15,122 nucleotides of DNA from Candidatus Bathyarchaeia archaeon (GTDB taxonomy: Archaea > Thermoproteota > Bathyarchaeia > Bathyarchaeales > Bathycorpusculaceae), in NCBI GenBank assembly GCA_030019335.1, contig JASEET010000003.1, positions 20,263 to 35,384 on the forward strand, written 5' to 3'. The notes below the pieces were generated by a model. The model ran no database searches, was not told the origin of the DNA, and saw nothing but the letters and a program-made list of their open reading frames with translations. This document shows, piece by piece, positions 15,096 to 15,122 of the stretch (its first letter is position 1; each line of letters opens with the position of its first letter). The position numbers and the translations under genes are program-made.

Positions 15096-15122
15096 TTCTA
15101 TTCAATTACTGGAGTTTCAACG

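Noticed and set aside
1-15122. CRISPR arrays, IS elements, toxin-antitoxin or known defence-island signatures
   Set aside because: There are no regularly spaced direct repeats, no transposase or Cas-like ORFs, and no small paired ORFs typical of TA modules. The NTase lacks an adjacent HEPN-like small partner.

Overview
This is an archaeal-type chromosomal segment, mostly housekeeping and rich in translation and RNA genes. The archaeal assignment rests on a two-subunit archaeal/eukaryal-type PheRS, an archaeal-type TrpRS, a type-2 methionine aminopeptidase, a stand-alone 5S rRNA, BRE/TATA-like promoters and GGTGA-type ribosome-binding sites. Left to right: an integrase-N-terminus-like ORF remnant at the window edge; a beta-CASP/MBL ribonuclease (RNase J-like, minus strand); a ~520-nt non-coding gap holding a GC-rich, multi-helix RNA candidate of undetermined class; pheT-pheS (minus, TAATG-coupled); divergently, trpS plus a flavin-reductase-domain gene (plus, coupled); map (plus). 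Then a minus-strand run: metallophosphoesterase, Pol-beta-type nucleotidyltransferase, 5S rRNA, a DUF1512-like membrane protein and a membrane-anchored zinc-ribbon protein. Last come an APC-family permease and an orphan membrane protein (plus). I saw no CRISPR array, intact mobile element or tRNA. The items most worth follow-up are the unclassified structured RNA at ~1984-2225, two tightly coupled uncharacterised gene pairs (8582-10150 and 10436-12350) flanking the orphan 5S gene, a palindromic motif fused to BRE/TATA-like elements that recurs three times, and a four-Cys motif in TrpRS. All family assignments come from motif recognition by eye. No database search was run.
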